64,000 nt of DNA from positions 9,509-73,508 of the forward strand of contig JBCBLF010000001.1 in the NCBI GenBank assembly GCA_038520475.1, given 5' to 3'. This DNA is from Cyanobacteria bacterium J06627_8 (GTDB lineage Bacteria > Cyanobacteriota > Cyanobacteriia > CAKZMO01). The position numbers and the translations under genes are program-made. Position 1 is the first letter of the stretch. Each line of letters opens with the position of its first letter. This document shows, in pieces, positions 38,886 to 49,841 of this stretch. The notes under the pieces are model-generated. The model had not been told where the DNA came from. It saw only the letters and a list, made by a program, of their open reading frames with translations, and did not search any database.

Positions 38886-39147
38886 TGATTCGTTCTCACC
38901 ATCCCTGAAACGATAGCTTTAGCCACTTAGGCAAGGATACAAGTATTCTTCAGCCCCTTGGCGCATGGCCAAACAGCTCGCCGTCTTGTATTGACGAAAC
39001 TGGCGACAGCTGTAGACCACCCAACAGCGCCTCCCTAAACAAGTTAGCAAGAGGTAAGGTCTCCTAAAAGCTGCAACACTAGGTCTTTGATTCTAAGCCT
39101 TTAATGCCAGGTCTCTAGTACGAAATGTTTAGCACCCTAAACCCTGA

Positions 39148-39615
39148 TTATGCCTGAACTCCAACCGGAATTCTTGCATCTGAGCGCTGGAGAACTTTCA
39201 TATCTTCATCATCTAATTCAACTGGGGTGCCGCTACGAATCAGCTCGGCAAAATCTTCATTGGGCACCATGATGCAGAGGGCATAGAGTCGTGTGTTGCC
39301 TGTATTTTCTAAAATGTGAACGCCTCTGGGAGGCACCAAAACGCTGTCTCCGGCCTGAACTGAAACAGTCTTACCGTCACAAGTTGCTAATCCTTCGCCC
39401 TTGAGAATGAAAAACATTTCGACAGCAAACTGGTGACGATTGGGAGGCGTTTTTCCGCCCACATCAAAGATTTCTACACAAGTCGTTAGCGACACATCGG
39501 AAACTGAGGGATCAAAAACAATGGCAAGACGATTCGTGTCATTTGGACTGATGCGGTATGCCTGGTAGTCGGTTGGCTTTTTGAAAATGGGGATAACGCA
39601 AGACGGATCTTTCAT
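39148..39615 (-). CDS. Cupin domain protein
   Basis: VQAGDSVLVPPRGVHILENTG motif. Confidence 0.6.
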   Translation of the reverse strand: MKDPSCVIPIFKKPTDYQAYRISPNDTNRLAIVFDPSVSDVSLTTCVEIFDVGGKTPPNRHQFAVEMFFILKGEGLATCDGKTVSVQAGDSVLVPPRGVHILENTGNTRLYALCIMVPNEDFAELIRSGTPVELDDEDMKVLQRSDARIPVGVQA

Positions 39616-39837
39616 CGCGCAATGTTCTCCATGGGATTAAGTGGATTAAGGGTGATTCAATCGGTTGCCCCTGCTCCATCGAGCTAATTAGAAGGTTCAG
39701 CCAGGGGTGAGGCTTCTGCGGCAGTCGTCAACGAAATCCGTTCATCAATCCAACCGTTCATCAATCCAGCCCATTATCAATCTGGCGATCGCTGATGAGA
39801 GGTTTTCTCAGTTCACTCGTAGGGTTCATTCAATTCA

Positions 39838-40617
39838 TCATTGCAATGCCTCAATCAACGAGGGTGAATCTGTAACAAATCCAAAGCATTGATTAACGTT
39901 GTAGACCGTGGCCTTAAAGCAGAACTCGGGCGATGTCGTTGCAGCACAGTCTCGCAACAGAACACAGTCATAGCCCAAGAAATTCGCATCTTGAAGGGTT
40001 GCCATCACACACTGATCAATATTGACCCCTGCAAAGAAAAGTGTGGTTCGCCCCAGGTTACGCAAAATGCTATCGAGTGGGGTATCCCAAAATCCGCTCA
40101 TTCGATACTTATCGATGCAAATGTCGTCAGATTCTTGAGAAAGTTCATCAACAACGGCTGCGGCCCAGCTATCCTTCATCAGCACGGGGGCATTGTTCGT
40201 CGGTAGCGGATCGGCAAGCCCGATTCCTTTTCCCGTAGGGTTGTAAACGTGACGCAGTCCAGCGCTAATATTCAACAAATCTGGTCGATTTCCCCAATTC
40301 ACCCAAAGCACCGGAATCGATTGTTGCCGTGCAATGGATAATAGGTGATGAAGGGGTGTAATCGGTTGGCGAGCCGGAGAAACATCTACTCCAATGTGTG
40401 ACAGCCAACCGTCGGGATGACAGAAGTCGTTTTGCATGTCAATGACGATAATGGCAGCCTTGGCAAGATCAACGACCAAGCGCTTAGTATCGGTTGGCAA
40501 CTCTACCAATCGAGGCGTTAGGGGAGGACGCGAAATATCGGCGATCGCCTCATCGACGTACCATGCATTAGGTGGAGTTCCGAGAGGAGTCAGTGAGCGA
40601 TTCATCATGGATGTCAT
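39838..40617 (-). CDS. Isochorismatase-family cysteine hydrolase
   Basis: AAIIVIDMQNDFCHPDGW and CVMATLQDA motifs. Confidence 0.7.
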   Translation of the reverse strand: MTSMMNRSLTPLGTPPNAWYVDEAIADISRPPLTPRLVELPTDTKRLVVDLAKAAIIVIDMQNDFCHPDGWLSHIGVDVSPARQPITPLHHLLSIARQQSIPVLWVNWGNRPDLLNISAGLRHVYNPTGKGIGLADPLPTNNAPVLMKDSWAAAVVDELSQESDDICIDKYRMSGFWDTPLDSILRNLGRTTLFFAGVNIDQCVMATLQDANFLGYDCVLLRDCAATTSPEFCFKATVYNVNQCFGFVTDSPSLIEALQ

Positions 40618-41019
40618 GGGTGAGGTTCAATATTCAATCGACAATCACTAATCAGCAGCCATCAATCGGTACAAGTCAAAGGGATGTTCTGTTTCCTACG
40701 ATGAGACCGTTGCCTGTGTCCGTATCCACCAGTACGAAATGTGAATCACCGTTCAATTACTTTCATCCACGACGAGCAATGAGACATAACATGTCTTGGC
40801 TGGGCAAATCGTGTATTGAAATAGCGAGGCCCATCGTCTACGAAGATATGGGCTTGTCTCAATGTTCTGAACCGGATTGTCTAGGGGCTGTCATCATTTA
40901 GCAACACCATGTTTTGGTAACAAGGGCTTTAGTCTCTAGATCAAGACGTTGGAACGGGCGCGGTCATGCTCATATCCCAAGATTTGTAGGATTCATTGAT
41001 GACGCGTCCTAACTAGGGG

Positions 41020-41409
41020 TTATGCTCCACAGTAAACAATCAAATCAATTTCGACATCACCATATCCAGCGAGGGCTGTAATCCCAACCGTCGTGCGCCC
41101 AGGTAACTGACCGGCCGTGAAATACGACGCGTAGACACGATTCACCACATCATAAAAACGAAAATCCGTGATAAAAATTCGCGCCATTGCAACTCGCTCA
41201 AAGCTGGTGCCCGCATGGTCTAAAACACGTTTGAGATTATCCATAACTTGTTGAGTTTGGTCTTCAATCGAACCTCGAACGACCTCACCCGTTGCTGGAT
41301 CTTCAGATAACTGTCCAGTAACAAACAAAAAATCTCCAGCACGCACAGCATGGGAATAGGGGGCCACGGGAGGAAGTACATTGTCCGGCAGGGTCAGATG
41401 TTCGAACAT
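41020..41409 (-). CDS. RidA/YjgF family deaminase
   Basis: 129 aa; RIFITDFRFYDVVNRVYASYF...PGRTTVGI. Confidence 0.8.
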   Translation of the reverse strand: MFEHLTLPDNVLPPVAPYSHAVRAGDFLFVTGQLSEDPATGEVVRGSIEDQTQQVMDNLKRVLDHAGTSFERVAMARIFITDFRFYDVVNRVYASYFTAGQLPGRTTVGITALAGYGDVEIDLIVYCGA

Positions 41410-41751
41410 GAATGAATCGCTACCTGAGAAATCAACAAATCATCGTGCAATACGAGCAAAACAGGTTTGCTACGAAAGCCGCAACACACTTGACGTTCGA
41501 ACTTTACCTTGGAAATAAACGGATATGTGACCCCGTTATTTCGGCTTAAGATTACACAGAAACTGATGTAACGTTCTGTTATTCAAGACTTACGCAAGTT
41601 CTGCTGACATGACCTTAGGATTAACGCAGTGGAACGGGCTTTTCTCGGGCTGAGTCTGCGAAAAGCCCCTTCTAAACCCCAGAACCTTCTATGAGATGCA
41701 TGAGATACGTGAGTTCTGGACCTGTGGAATTACGTTTAATGAGACTCCTGC

Positions 41752-43188
41752 ATGATGACAACGTCTAACTTTTCAATTGAACGGGCCCTTATCTGTGACA
41801 ACGATCGATACGAAATCCAATCCATCAGCATCATTGGCGAACAGATTAGCAAGATCGTCCAAGGGAGCACTCTTAGCCACACCAGTGATGCCAATACAAT
41901 CAAAATTGATGCAACCGACACCCTTTTGCTACCTGGATTTGTCAATGCTCATACCCATTCATCGGAGCTATGGTGCCGGGGTTATATTCCACCCTTGCCA
42001 CTAGAACTGTGGCTTGCTGAACTTTACGATATGGAGGAGTTAGAACCTGAGCACCTTTATTTGAGTGCTCTAGGTACAGCTGTTGAAACGCTACTCTCTG
42101 GTGGAACGACCGTCGTCGATCATCTCGTTCCGATTCCAGGGAAAGAAATTGAATCAATCGCCGCTGCAGCAAAGGCCTACAAAGAAGTTGGCATTCGAGC
42201 TTTCATTGGCCCGCTGCTTCAAGATGACCCTATGAGTGCAGGCATTCCAACCGGAAATAGTCAACCCTCGAGTTCTAGCGATCGCATCAGCACAAAGAAT
42301 GCTCTGGAAATTTTGGAAGAGGCCATTCGATTATTTCATCGTCCCCAAGACGGCGTGTGGATTATGGCGGCCCCAACAGGGGCACAACTATGCTCTGATG
42401 CGTTTTTCGAAGGATGTATTGAGTTAAGCGATCGCCATTCCCTGTGTCGCCATACCCACCTGCTAGAGTCAAAAGCTCAAAAAATGCTGGCCCATGAAAA
42501 GTATGGGTGCACAGCCGTCAAGCACTTAAACGAACTCGGTTTTCTAGGCGATCGCACATCATTGGCCCATTCCATCTGGCTAGAAGAGAGCGATATCCAG
42601 ACGTTGGCGCGGACTCAATCAACCGTGGTGCATAATCCACTAAGTAATCTTCGGTTGGGAAGTGGCATTGCTCCGTTGCTTCGATATCGAGATGTGGGCG
42701 TTAATGTCACTTTTGGATGTTATGGGGCCGCCAGTAACGATTCACAGGATCTCTTAGAAGCCATTAAAATCGGCACGCTGCTTCACAATACAACCGACTT
42801 CGACTATCGAAAGTGGATGACTCCTCAGGAGTCCGTTCGCATGGCTTCTGTAGGAGGAGCAAAAGGTCTTGGCATGAGCGATCGCCTGGGAACGATTGAG
42901 GTTGGAAAGCTTGCTGATGTGGTGCTGTATGACTTGAAATCACTCTCATTGCTTCCTCGAACAGATCCGATTGGATTGCTCGTCATGGGACGCCCGGCCC
43001 AAGCGGTGAAGCACGCCTGGGTCGGTGGACGTCACGTGATTGATCATGGACAAATCACGACCATTGATGTGGACGCGCTAAAGCAAGAACTATATGATCG
43101 CAGCCAATGGAGCCAAGCCATTCAGCGATCGCCAAACCGTGCTGCCGTCGAAGATCATTACCGATCGGTCATGGGACTTCCTAAATAA
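41752..43188 (+). CDS. Amidohydrolase (TRZ/ATZ, cytosine/guanine-deaminase-like)
   Basis: LLLPGFVNAHTHSSE metal-binding motif; about 470 aa. Confidence 0.75.
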   Translation: MMTTSNFSIERALICDNDRYEIQSISIIGEQISKIVQGSTLSHTSDANTIKIDATDTLLLPGFVNAHTHSSELWCRGYIPPLPLELWLAELYDMEELEPEHLYLSALGTAVETLLSGGTTVVDHLVPIPGKEIESIAAAAKAYKEVGIRAFIGPLLQDDPMSAGIPTGNSQPSSSSDRISTKNALEILEEAIRLFHRPQDGVWIMAAPTGAQLCSDAFFEGCIELSDRHSLCRHTHLLESKAQKMLAHEKYGCTAVKHLNELGFLGDRTSLAHSIWLEESDIQTLARTQSTVVHNPLSNLRLGSGIAPLLRYRDVGVNVTFGCYGAASNDSQDLLEAIKIGTLLHNTTDFDYRKWMTPQESVRMASVGGAKGLGMSDRLGTIEVGKLADVVLYDLKSLSLLPRTDPIGLLVMGRPAQAVKHAWVGGRHVIDHGQITTIDVDALKQELYDRSQWSQAIQRSPNRAAVEDHYRSVMGLPK

Positions 43189-43221
43189 CCCTAGCCATCG
43201 ATAGGCCCGGATGGCGGATCA

Positions 43222-44214
43222 TTATGGAGCAGCCGCAGCGTTCTCAGGTTCTTGAAGCACCAATTGGGATTTTGATTCCTTCTTTTTCTGACCGCCCAGA
43301 CTAGCAATCAGCACGCCGAGGATAACAACAAATAATGTGCCTATTTGGGTGCCCGATGGACGCTCACCGTTCAGCAAAAATGCATACGTCACGCCAAAAA
43401 TTGGAGACATCACCGTGAGTTGGCCAATGGTTCGAGAGTCAAGATGATTGACAGAGGCGTACCAAAGGTATTGGGCACACACAATCACAATTAGGGCATA
43501 GATAGACATCACGATCCACAGTTGGCCCCTGAAGGTATCACCAAAATGGTGAGGACCAAACAGCTGCATTGCAATCAGGAAGAAAATGACTGAAGAGAGA
43601 AGATTGCGAGAAAAGACGACAACTGAAACAGTCGCTGACGTCGACACCATTAGCTTATTGATAAGAGATGATACCGCGAAGACAATTGTCGACATCAAAA
43701 TGTAAAAATCGCCGCGATTGATTTGAAAATTACTGGTTTTGAGAGCGATCGCCACTACACCGACTGTGATCAATGCAAATCCAACCCATTCAAGCGGTTT
43801 GATCCGTTTGCCCAGAAGTGCGGCACCCAACAAAGCAAACAAAACTGGCCCCAACCGTCCCAGTAGCACAGCATTGGTGACTGTAGTGTATTGCAGGCCA
43901 ATGAAGATGAGCGCTGAGAGTAGTGTGGCCAAACAGCCATTGAGGATTAGCCCAATCACCACCTTTGGCTTGAGAGCAGAACATTCTTGAACGATTCGCC
44001 CAAACCCAAACCAGCCACCGACCACCAATGCCGCGCATAGATTACCAACAAATAAGACATTGCAGAATGAAATGGGTTGAGCCACACCACCGCTCAATTC
44101 AGCTCCTTGTGTGATTAAAAATGCGATGAGGGCAGGTCGCGAAGCAGACAATGCCCGAGAAGCAATGAGCATTGCTCTTGGGTGATTGGGAGACTGGGCT
44201 GAATGGTCAGTCAT
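43222..44214 (-). CDS. DMT superfamily (EamA-like) transporter
   Basis: 10 predicted TM helices in two EamA halves. Confidence 0.7.
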   Translation of the reverse strand: MTDHSAQSPNHPRAMLIASRALSASRPALIAFLITQGAELSGGVAQPISFCNVLFVGNLCAALVVGGWFGFGRIVQECSALKPKVVIGLILNGCLATLLSALIFIGLQYTTVTNAVLLGRLGPVLFALLGAALLGKRIKPLEWVGFALITVGVVAIALKTSNFQINRGDFYILMSTIVFAVSSLINKLMVSTSATVSVVVFSRNLLSSVIFFLIAMQLFGPHHFGDTFRGQLWIVMSIYALIVIVCAQYLWYASVNHLDSRTIGQLTVMSPIFGVTYAFLLNGERPSGTQIGTLFVVILGVLIASLGGQKKKESKSQLVLQEPENAAAAP

Positions 44215-44459
44215 TACGGATGCTGAGGTGACAAATGAATGGATAGCAGGAGATCAATGAGAAGATTGAGCACATCGGTCACAGGACCTAACTAGTCTTA
44301 ACCCCAGAGGATGACCAATCGATGAAGAGCTTCGATAGCGCTGCGTGCGCAGGTCAGCACAGCATGCTGGGGCTCCACGCCCCAGCATGCCTTGCGAGTT
44401 TGATCAATCAGAGTCAAGTGGATGCCATAGAACATGTCGCGGGACATCCAAGTCATGCT

Positions 44460-44903
44460 CTAGATGGATGCATATCCAAATGTGATGTTGAAGCGTTCGC
44501 ACCAGATTGCAACTGAATTAAACGCATTAAGATCAATGCTGCTTGGAATGCGATATCGCTGTGCTCCGCTTGTGCTGAATAGCGGAGCTAACGTGACATA
44601 GTCTTGTGATTGAAGGCTTCGAGCAACTGAACTGTTGCGATGAAAAACAACATACACGGTAGGGCCAGAAGCTGTACGAAATGAATCGCTCAATTGCAGA
44701 TATTTTTGTCCATTCTCTTCGATGATAGTGGCAGTCCCCTGCGTCGGATGTCCTGCATCTACGGTCACAAAGTTGCCAGACGATAGGGTCACGTTTTTCG
44801 CAATGGGTTCTGCGTTAACGGATGCAGGGGCGATCGCCAATCCACCGAATCCAGTCAAGGCAATTGTTGAAGCCCCAAGGACACTCGCAATAACTCGTTT
44901 CAT
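44460..44903 (-). CDS. DM13 domain secreted protein
   Basis: Signal peptide MKRVIASVLGASTIALTGFGGLA. ATG at 44903 with a GGAGG RBS. The ORF track extends to 45089. Confidence 0.55.
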   Translation of the reverse strand: MKRVIASVLGASTIALTGFGGLAIAPASVNAEPIAKNVTLSSGNFVTVDAGHPTQGTATIIEENGQKYLQLSDSFRTASGPTVYVVFHRNSSVARSLQSQDYVTLAPLFSTSGAQRYRIPSSIDLNAFNSVAIWCERFNITFGYASI

Positions 44904-45089
44904 CGTAATTCCTCCAATCAGCTTAGTAAGGTAGGGCATTTGCACGTTCATGACGTTTGACCGAGAAGCCGACACCATGTGTAACCAGGCGCTGGCACAT
45001 GTCTGTAGAATATGGACCCGTTCTGGGGAATGCCTGATGATGACCTGAGTCAAGGATGGCGATTCAATGACCATAAACTTATCCTGCAC

Positions 45090-45641
45090 TCAGGATTTAC
45101 TCAGAATATGTATGCCTCGTTCATACACATCATCAAAAATCTGTTCAAGAATGGTATTGCTTCCTCGAATCGGATCAATCACCTGTTTTGCCCAGTGAAA
45201 GTAATCGAGTTTTCGTTGAGTTGACCATCCATCTGGAGGAGACGAAAGAATATCGTGGAGATTCGCAATTTTGTCGGCCAGCTTGACCAGTCGAGCGCGA
45301 TCGCTCAGGTGAGGTGCATGGTCAATTTGATGCTGTTTGCGCTCTTCCGCTGACAACATTTTGTCGTCAGTAACCTCAGCCACCACATCCCGTGCAGTTT
45401 TACCGAATTCACGTTCAATTTCATCGAGGGTGGTATCTGTATCCTCAACAGTGTCATGGAGCAGGGCAGCAGCCAAAACAATATCGTCTTGAATGCCGGC
45501 TCGATTGGAGAGTAAATAAACGAGGTCAACCGGATGATTGATGTAGGGAACAGCCTGTTTTCCTTTGCGTCGCTGATGACGATGTTTATGTGCAGCGAAT
45601 TGGGTGGCTTTGATAATAAATCCAATCGAAGACAAGATCAT
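45090..45641 (-). CDS. HD-domain (p)ppGpp hydrolase-like protein (SpoT/Mesh1-like small alarmone hydrolase)
   Basis: HKHRHQRRKGKQAVPYINHPVDL...LLHDTVEDT. The ORF track extends to 45806. Confidence 0.65.
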   Translation of the reverse strand: MILSSIGFIIKATQFAAHKHRHQRRKGKQAVPYINHPVDLVYLLSNRAGIQDDIVLAAALLHDTVEDTDTTLDEIEREFGKTARDVVAEVTDDKMLSAEERKQHQIDHAPHLSDRARLVKLADKIANLHDILSSPPDGWSTQRKLDYFHWAKQVIDPIRGSNTILEQIFDDVYERGIHILSKS

Positions 45642-45885
45642 AGCGATAGCGCTGTGCGCATGGGTTAAGTACAGGGTTATCGAGTCGCAGCGCGTCTCGT
45701 AACCATTACGCTTATGCTGACACCAATTTTTTGAATTGATGCAAGGTTTAATGCTTGCGAAATCTACCCGCTGGGTAGATTTCACAACGATATTGAGCGC
45801 ACCCATTTCGTAGAAATGGTGTAAATGCAGTTGCCAGCCCCAATATGACAGATGTACGGCGTATGACGAACGTTCCCATTAAGCA

Positions 45886-46971
45886 ATGATTTATCAAGTG
45901 ACCTATCGCCCTTATCGACGCCCGTTTAGACAGCCCCTGCGCACTCATCATGGTACTTGGTCTGAACGGGAGGGCATTGTGCTGCGATTAACAGACATTC
46001 ACGGTCACGTCGGCTTCGGTGAAATTGCTCCATTACCAACGTTTGGCAGTGAATCGCTGGCCCAGGCGTTGGTCTGGTGTGCATCGCTTAATGGACAGTG
46101 CAGCTCAGCCACGCTCGATTCCATTCCAGCACATCTCCCTGCATGTCAGTTTGGATTTGAAGCTGCTGTCGATGGAATCGCGATCGCCAACTCATCCCAT
46201 GCACCCAATTCAGCTGAAGCGGCATACTGTCGATTGCTTCCGACTGGTCCATTAGCGTTGGACGCATGGAAGCAGGTCTATCGGCAGGGCGATCGAACGT
46301 TCAAGTGGAAAATCGGGGTAGCCCCTATTCAAACCGAGCTAGCAGTATTCGAGAAACTCATCCATCAGCTTCCCGTAGACGTCAACCTGCGCCTTGATGC
46401 CAATGGCGGCTTGTCTGATCAGGAGGCACATGAATGGTTGACTGTGTGCGATCGCCTAAGGTCTGTAGGGCTAGCCATGCCAACAATTGAGTTAATTGAA
46501 CAACCCCTTCCCCCGAATCAGTTTGAGTCGTTGCTTCAGCTGAGTCAGGAGTATCAAACCCCCATCGCGCTAGACGAGTCTGTGGGAACATTCACCCAGC
46601 TTCAAACCTGTTATCAGCTCGGATGGCGAGGCATTGTTGTCATCAAGCCGGCGATCGCTGGCTATCCCTCCCGCGTGCGTGAGTTTTGCCGCGCGCATCA
46701 TTTGGATGTGGTCTGGTCATCCGTGTTTGAAACGGCGATCGCCCGTCGATACATTCTCGACTACCTCGTCCCCTCTGTGTATGGCCAAACAGCGTATCAT
46801 CAGTCAGCTGATTCAATGCCGAAACGAGCGCTCGGGTTTGGCACTCAGCAATATCTTGACGATAGCTACTTTGACGATGGCTACTTTGGCGATAGTCTAG
46901 CGAGTGAGTTAGGACCGCATCACGATGACCTCAATGCGCTATTCAACCCTCCTTACAATGCTTCACCGTGA
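45886..46971 (+). CDS. menC: o-Succinylbenzoate synthase (enolase superfamily), with an acidic C-terminal extension
   Basis: Enolase-superfamily barrel (KWKIG, LRLDANGG, IALDES). Adjacent to menE, as in cyanobacterial phylloquinone operons. Confidence 0.7.
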   Translation: MIYQVTYRPYRRPFRQPLRTHHGTWSEREGIVLRLTDIHGHVGFGEIAPLPTFGSESLAQALVWCASLNGQCSSATLDSIPAHLPACQFGFEAAVDGIAIANSSHAPNSAEAAYCRLLPTGPLALDAWKQVYRQGDRTFKWKIGVAPIQTELAVFEKLIHQLPVDVNLRLDANGGLSDQEAHEWLTVCDRLRSVGLAMPTIELIEQPLPPNQFESLLQLSQEYQTPIALDESVGTFTQLQTCYQLGWRGIVVIKPAIAGYPSRVREFCRAHHLDVVWSSVFETAIARRYILDYLVPSVYGQTAYHQSADSMPKRALGFGTQQYLDDSYFDDGYFGDSLASELGPHHDDLNALFNPPYNASP

Positions 46972-48382
46972 CTGGTTGCTTGGCGTTGATGCGCAGGTGG
47001 TCGTGAGTCGATTTCAGGTCAATCTGTCAACGCTTCAGCAGGTTACGTCTACCTTTAATCGACGACCAACCGTTTTGATTGCAGAATCAGAGCCGTCCCA
47101 ATTTTTAGCTGGATTCTTCGCGGCTGTTGCCTGCAACTGTCCAGTGTTTCTCACAAACCCAGCCTGGAAATCCTCTGAGTGGCAACAGGTCTGGACACAG
47201 GTCTTGCCCGATGTGGTGTGGGGGACGATTCCAGAGGGCGATCGCTTGAATGAACAAAATGATGGTCAGGTTACTCAGACGATACGAACAAGAGTTAACC
47301 GTTCGACTAGAGATGGATGGATCATGATTCCAACTGGGGGCACCTCTGGACACATTCGATTTGTGATTCACACATGGGAAACGCTAACTGCCTCTGTTGA
47401 AGGATTTCGTCAATTCTTTCAGGTCGATGAAGTCAATGCCTATTGTGTGTTGCCGCTTTATCACGTCAGTGGCCTCATGCAGGTGCTTCGCTGCTTCGTC
47501 TCGGCAGGAACGCTGGCGATCGCCCCTTTCAAGACGATGGAGCAGTCACCCAAGCTACACTGCAATCCCGGCGAGTATTTCCTATCGTTGGTGCCAACCC
47601 AACTCCAGCGGCTTATGCGATCGCCTGATCACTGCGCAATGCTGGCGCAATTTCGCACGGTTCTGCTAGGGGGAGCTCCCGCATGGCCGGCGTTACTCGA
47701 TGCGGCGCGATCGCACCGCATTCCGCTTGCCCCAACTTACGGGATGACTGAAACCGCCTCCCAAGTTGTCACCTTACGGCCTGAGCGGTTTCTTGATGGA
47801 CAGATTGGAGTCGGTCAAGTGTTACCCCATGCCGAGATTTCCATTCAAGCGCTTGATAAACAACCCAAGCCTGACGCATCCTTAGCAGATGTGAATCGAA
47901 CCGACCTAGCGGAATCACAGACGGTTGGAGAAATAGCGATTCGATGCACGTCACTGGCAATTGGATATTATCCCGATGTCTGGTTTGAGTCTGGTGTATA
48001 TCATCCCGATGATATCGGCTACGTTGACGCTCACGGCAACTTGCAGGTGATGGGGCGCAGCAGCGACAAAATCATCTCTGGGGGAGAAAACATTTTTCCC
48101 ATCGACGTTGAAACGGTCATTCGATCGACTGGCCTCGTCGCTGATGTGGTTGTGCTGGGAATCAGCGATCGCCAATGGGGGCAGCGTGTAACGGCCCTGT
48201 GTGTTCCTATTCACGATACCGTCACAGCAGAAGCCATTGAACGCGAACTCATTCCCCGATTGAGTCGATATAAACATCCCAAACAGTGGGTGTTGATGTC
48301 ACAGCTACCCAGAAATGCACAGGGTAAGTTGAATCGAGAGGAACTGTTGAAGCAGGTGATGCTCAGCGATGCTCACGACTGA
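46925..48382 (+). CDS. menE: o-Succinylbenzoate-CoA ligase (AMP-binding)
   Basis: AMP-binding motifs PTGGTSG, TYGMTET, GEIAIR. The true start is probably a downstream Met. Confidence 0.7.
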   Translation: MTSMRYSTLLTMLHRDWLLGVDAQVVVSRFQVNLSTLQQVTSTFNRRPTVLIAESEPSQFLAGFFAAVACNCPVFLTNPAWKSSEWQQVWTQVLPDVVWGTIPEGDRLNEQNDGQVTQTIRTRVNRSTRDGWIMIPTGGTSGHIRFVIHTWETLTASVEGFRQFFQVDEVNAYCVLPLYHVSGLMQVLRCFVSAGTLAIAPFKTMEQSPKLHCNPGEYFLSLVPTQLQRLMRSPDHCAMLAQFRTVLLGGAPAWPALLDAARSHRIPLAPTYGMTETASQVVTLRPERFLDGQIGVGQVLPHAEISIQALDKQPKPDASLADVNRTDLAESQTVGEIAIRCTSLAIGYYPDVWFESGVYHPDDIGYVDAHGNLQVMGRSSDKIISGGENIFPIDVETVIRSTGLVADVVVLGISDRQWGQRVTALCVPIHDTVTAEAIERELIPRLSRYKHPKQWVLMSQLPRNAQGKLNREELLKQVMLSDAHD

Positions 48383-49143
48383 CGCACCGAAACCTGATGA
48401 TCAGCCAAATGAGTCTTGATTTCATCAATACTGAGCTGTCCGTAGTGCAAGAGTGATGCCAGCAGCGCGGCTTCGGCTTTCCCCTCTGTCAGAGCTTCTC
48501 GAATGTGGTCACAAGTCCCTGCTCCGCCAGACGCAATGACTGGAATGTTGACCGCTTCGGCGATCGCCCTTGTCAGCTCTAGATCGTAACCCGCTTGAGT
48601 GCCATCTGCGTCCATGCTGGTCACCAACAATTCGCCAGCTCCTCGCTTTGCAACTTCAATGGCCCATTCCAGGGCATCTAAGCCCGTATTTTCCCGACCG
48701 CCCCGGACGTAAACATCCCAGCCTGGACGATTCGGATCAGTGCGACGCCGAGCATCAATGGCAACCACAATGCATTGAGCCCCGAAGCGATCGCTGGCCT
48801 GATTCACAAAGTTAGGATTTCGCACTGCAGACGAATTGATACTGACCTTATCGGCTCCAGCCCGCAACAGTTGCTTGATGGTCTCAACGGAACTGATGCC
48901 ACCCCCGACAGTTAACGGAATGAAAACCTGATCAGCCGTGCGATAGACCACATCGAAAATGATGTTTCGGTCTTCGTGAGTAGCGGTAATGTCGAGAAAC
49001 ATCAGCTCATCGGCTCCAGCATCGTTATAAACCTGGGCTAGCTCTACGGGATCTCCCGCATCCCGTAAATTAACAAAGTTGATTCCTTTCACAACTCGCC
49101 CTGCCTTTACGTCTAAGCACGGCACAATTCGTTTTGCCAGCAT
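48373..49143 (-). CDS. hisF: Imidazole glycerol phosphate synthase, cyclase subunit
   Basis: [20 protein letters not shown] ... SGGAG. The ORF track extends to 49182. Confidence 0.85.
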   Translation of the reverse strand: MLAKRIVPCLDVKAGRVVKGINFVNLRDAGDPVELAQVYNDAGADELMFLDITATHEDRNIIFDVVYRTADQVFIPLTVGGGISSVETIKQLLRAGADKVSINSSAVRNPNFVNQASDRFGAQCIVVAIDARRRTDPNRPGWDVYVRGGRENTGLDALEWAIEVAKRGAGELLVTSMDADGTQAGYDLELTRAIAEAVNIPVIASGGAGTCDHIREALTEGKAEAALLASLLHYGQLSIDEIKTHLADHQVSVRQS

Positions 49144-49467
49144 CAATGTGATTCCTTCGATGTCAAAAAGGGTCTGATGCATTCTAAGCGCAGATCTGAC
49201 ACTGACATCCAGTGTTCGGTCTGATTCTTCACAGCATGATGCTGGTGTATTTGAATCTTGTGTTTATCGCGAGTCACAAAATTGTGAATCAAATCTGTCC
49301 TCGATTGCTTAATCAATCGCAATACACTGATAAACTCTAGATTGGTTGATGCGCCAGCTCGTGCAATTGAAGAAGCATTCTACGATTGGGATAATTTCGG
49401 CGCTGGCTCTAATATCAGGTCAATACAGCCGCATGTCGTTCAGTTCAATTTATCGATTGGAGTTGTA

Positions 49468-49659
49468 ATGGAGATTGGTCAGAAGGTAAAGGTCCGCCGC
49501 TTACGCGATCGCACATCTCAAGAGGTCATCAGCCGATTGGGGCAGTCAGGAACCGTCACAGGATTCAAAATGGTAGATGGCAGTGGTGTTGGCTTTGTTG
49601 TGGAATTTGATGATAAATTCTCAACGTGGTTTTTTCCCGATGAAGTCGAAGCGGCTTAG
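49468..49659 (+). CDS. Small conserved hypothetical protein (cyanobacterial DUF-type, about 63 aa)
   Basis: MEIGQKVKVRRLRDR...VTGFKMVDGSGVGFVVEFDD. The ORF track starts at 49342. Confidence 0.4.
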   Translation: MEIGQKVKVRRLRDRTSQEVISRLGQSGTVTGFKMVDGSGVGFVVEFDDKFSTWFFPDEVEAA

Positions 49660-49841
49660 GTGCTTTTTCCCAGATTGCTCATCTCTCGCTTTCCTACATT
49701 AGCTACTTCTAATCGCCATCCGTTGCGATCGCCACGACGCGTTGACTTAACGCTATTGTCGGGTAACTGCGTTGAGGATGGCGATTCCAACGAGCATCAT
49801 TGCTCACTGTTTAGATCTGTATTTTCAGGAGACGTTAGTTC

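Noticed and set aside
46925-46971. 47-nt overlap between menC and menE ORF-track models as a possible frameshift or fusion
   Set aside because: More simply explained by menE starting at an internal Met (about 46958), giving an ordinary short overlap.
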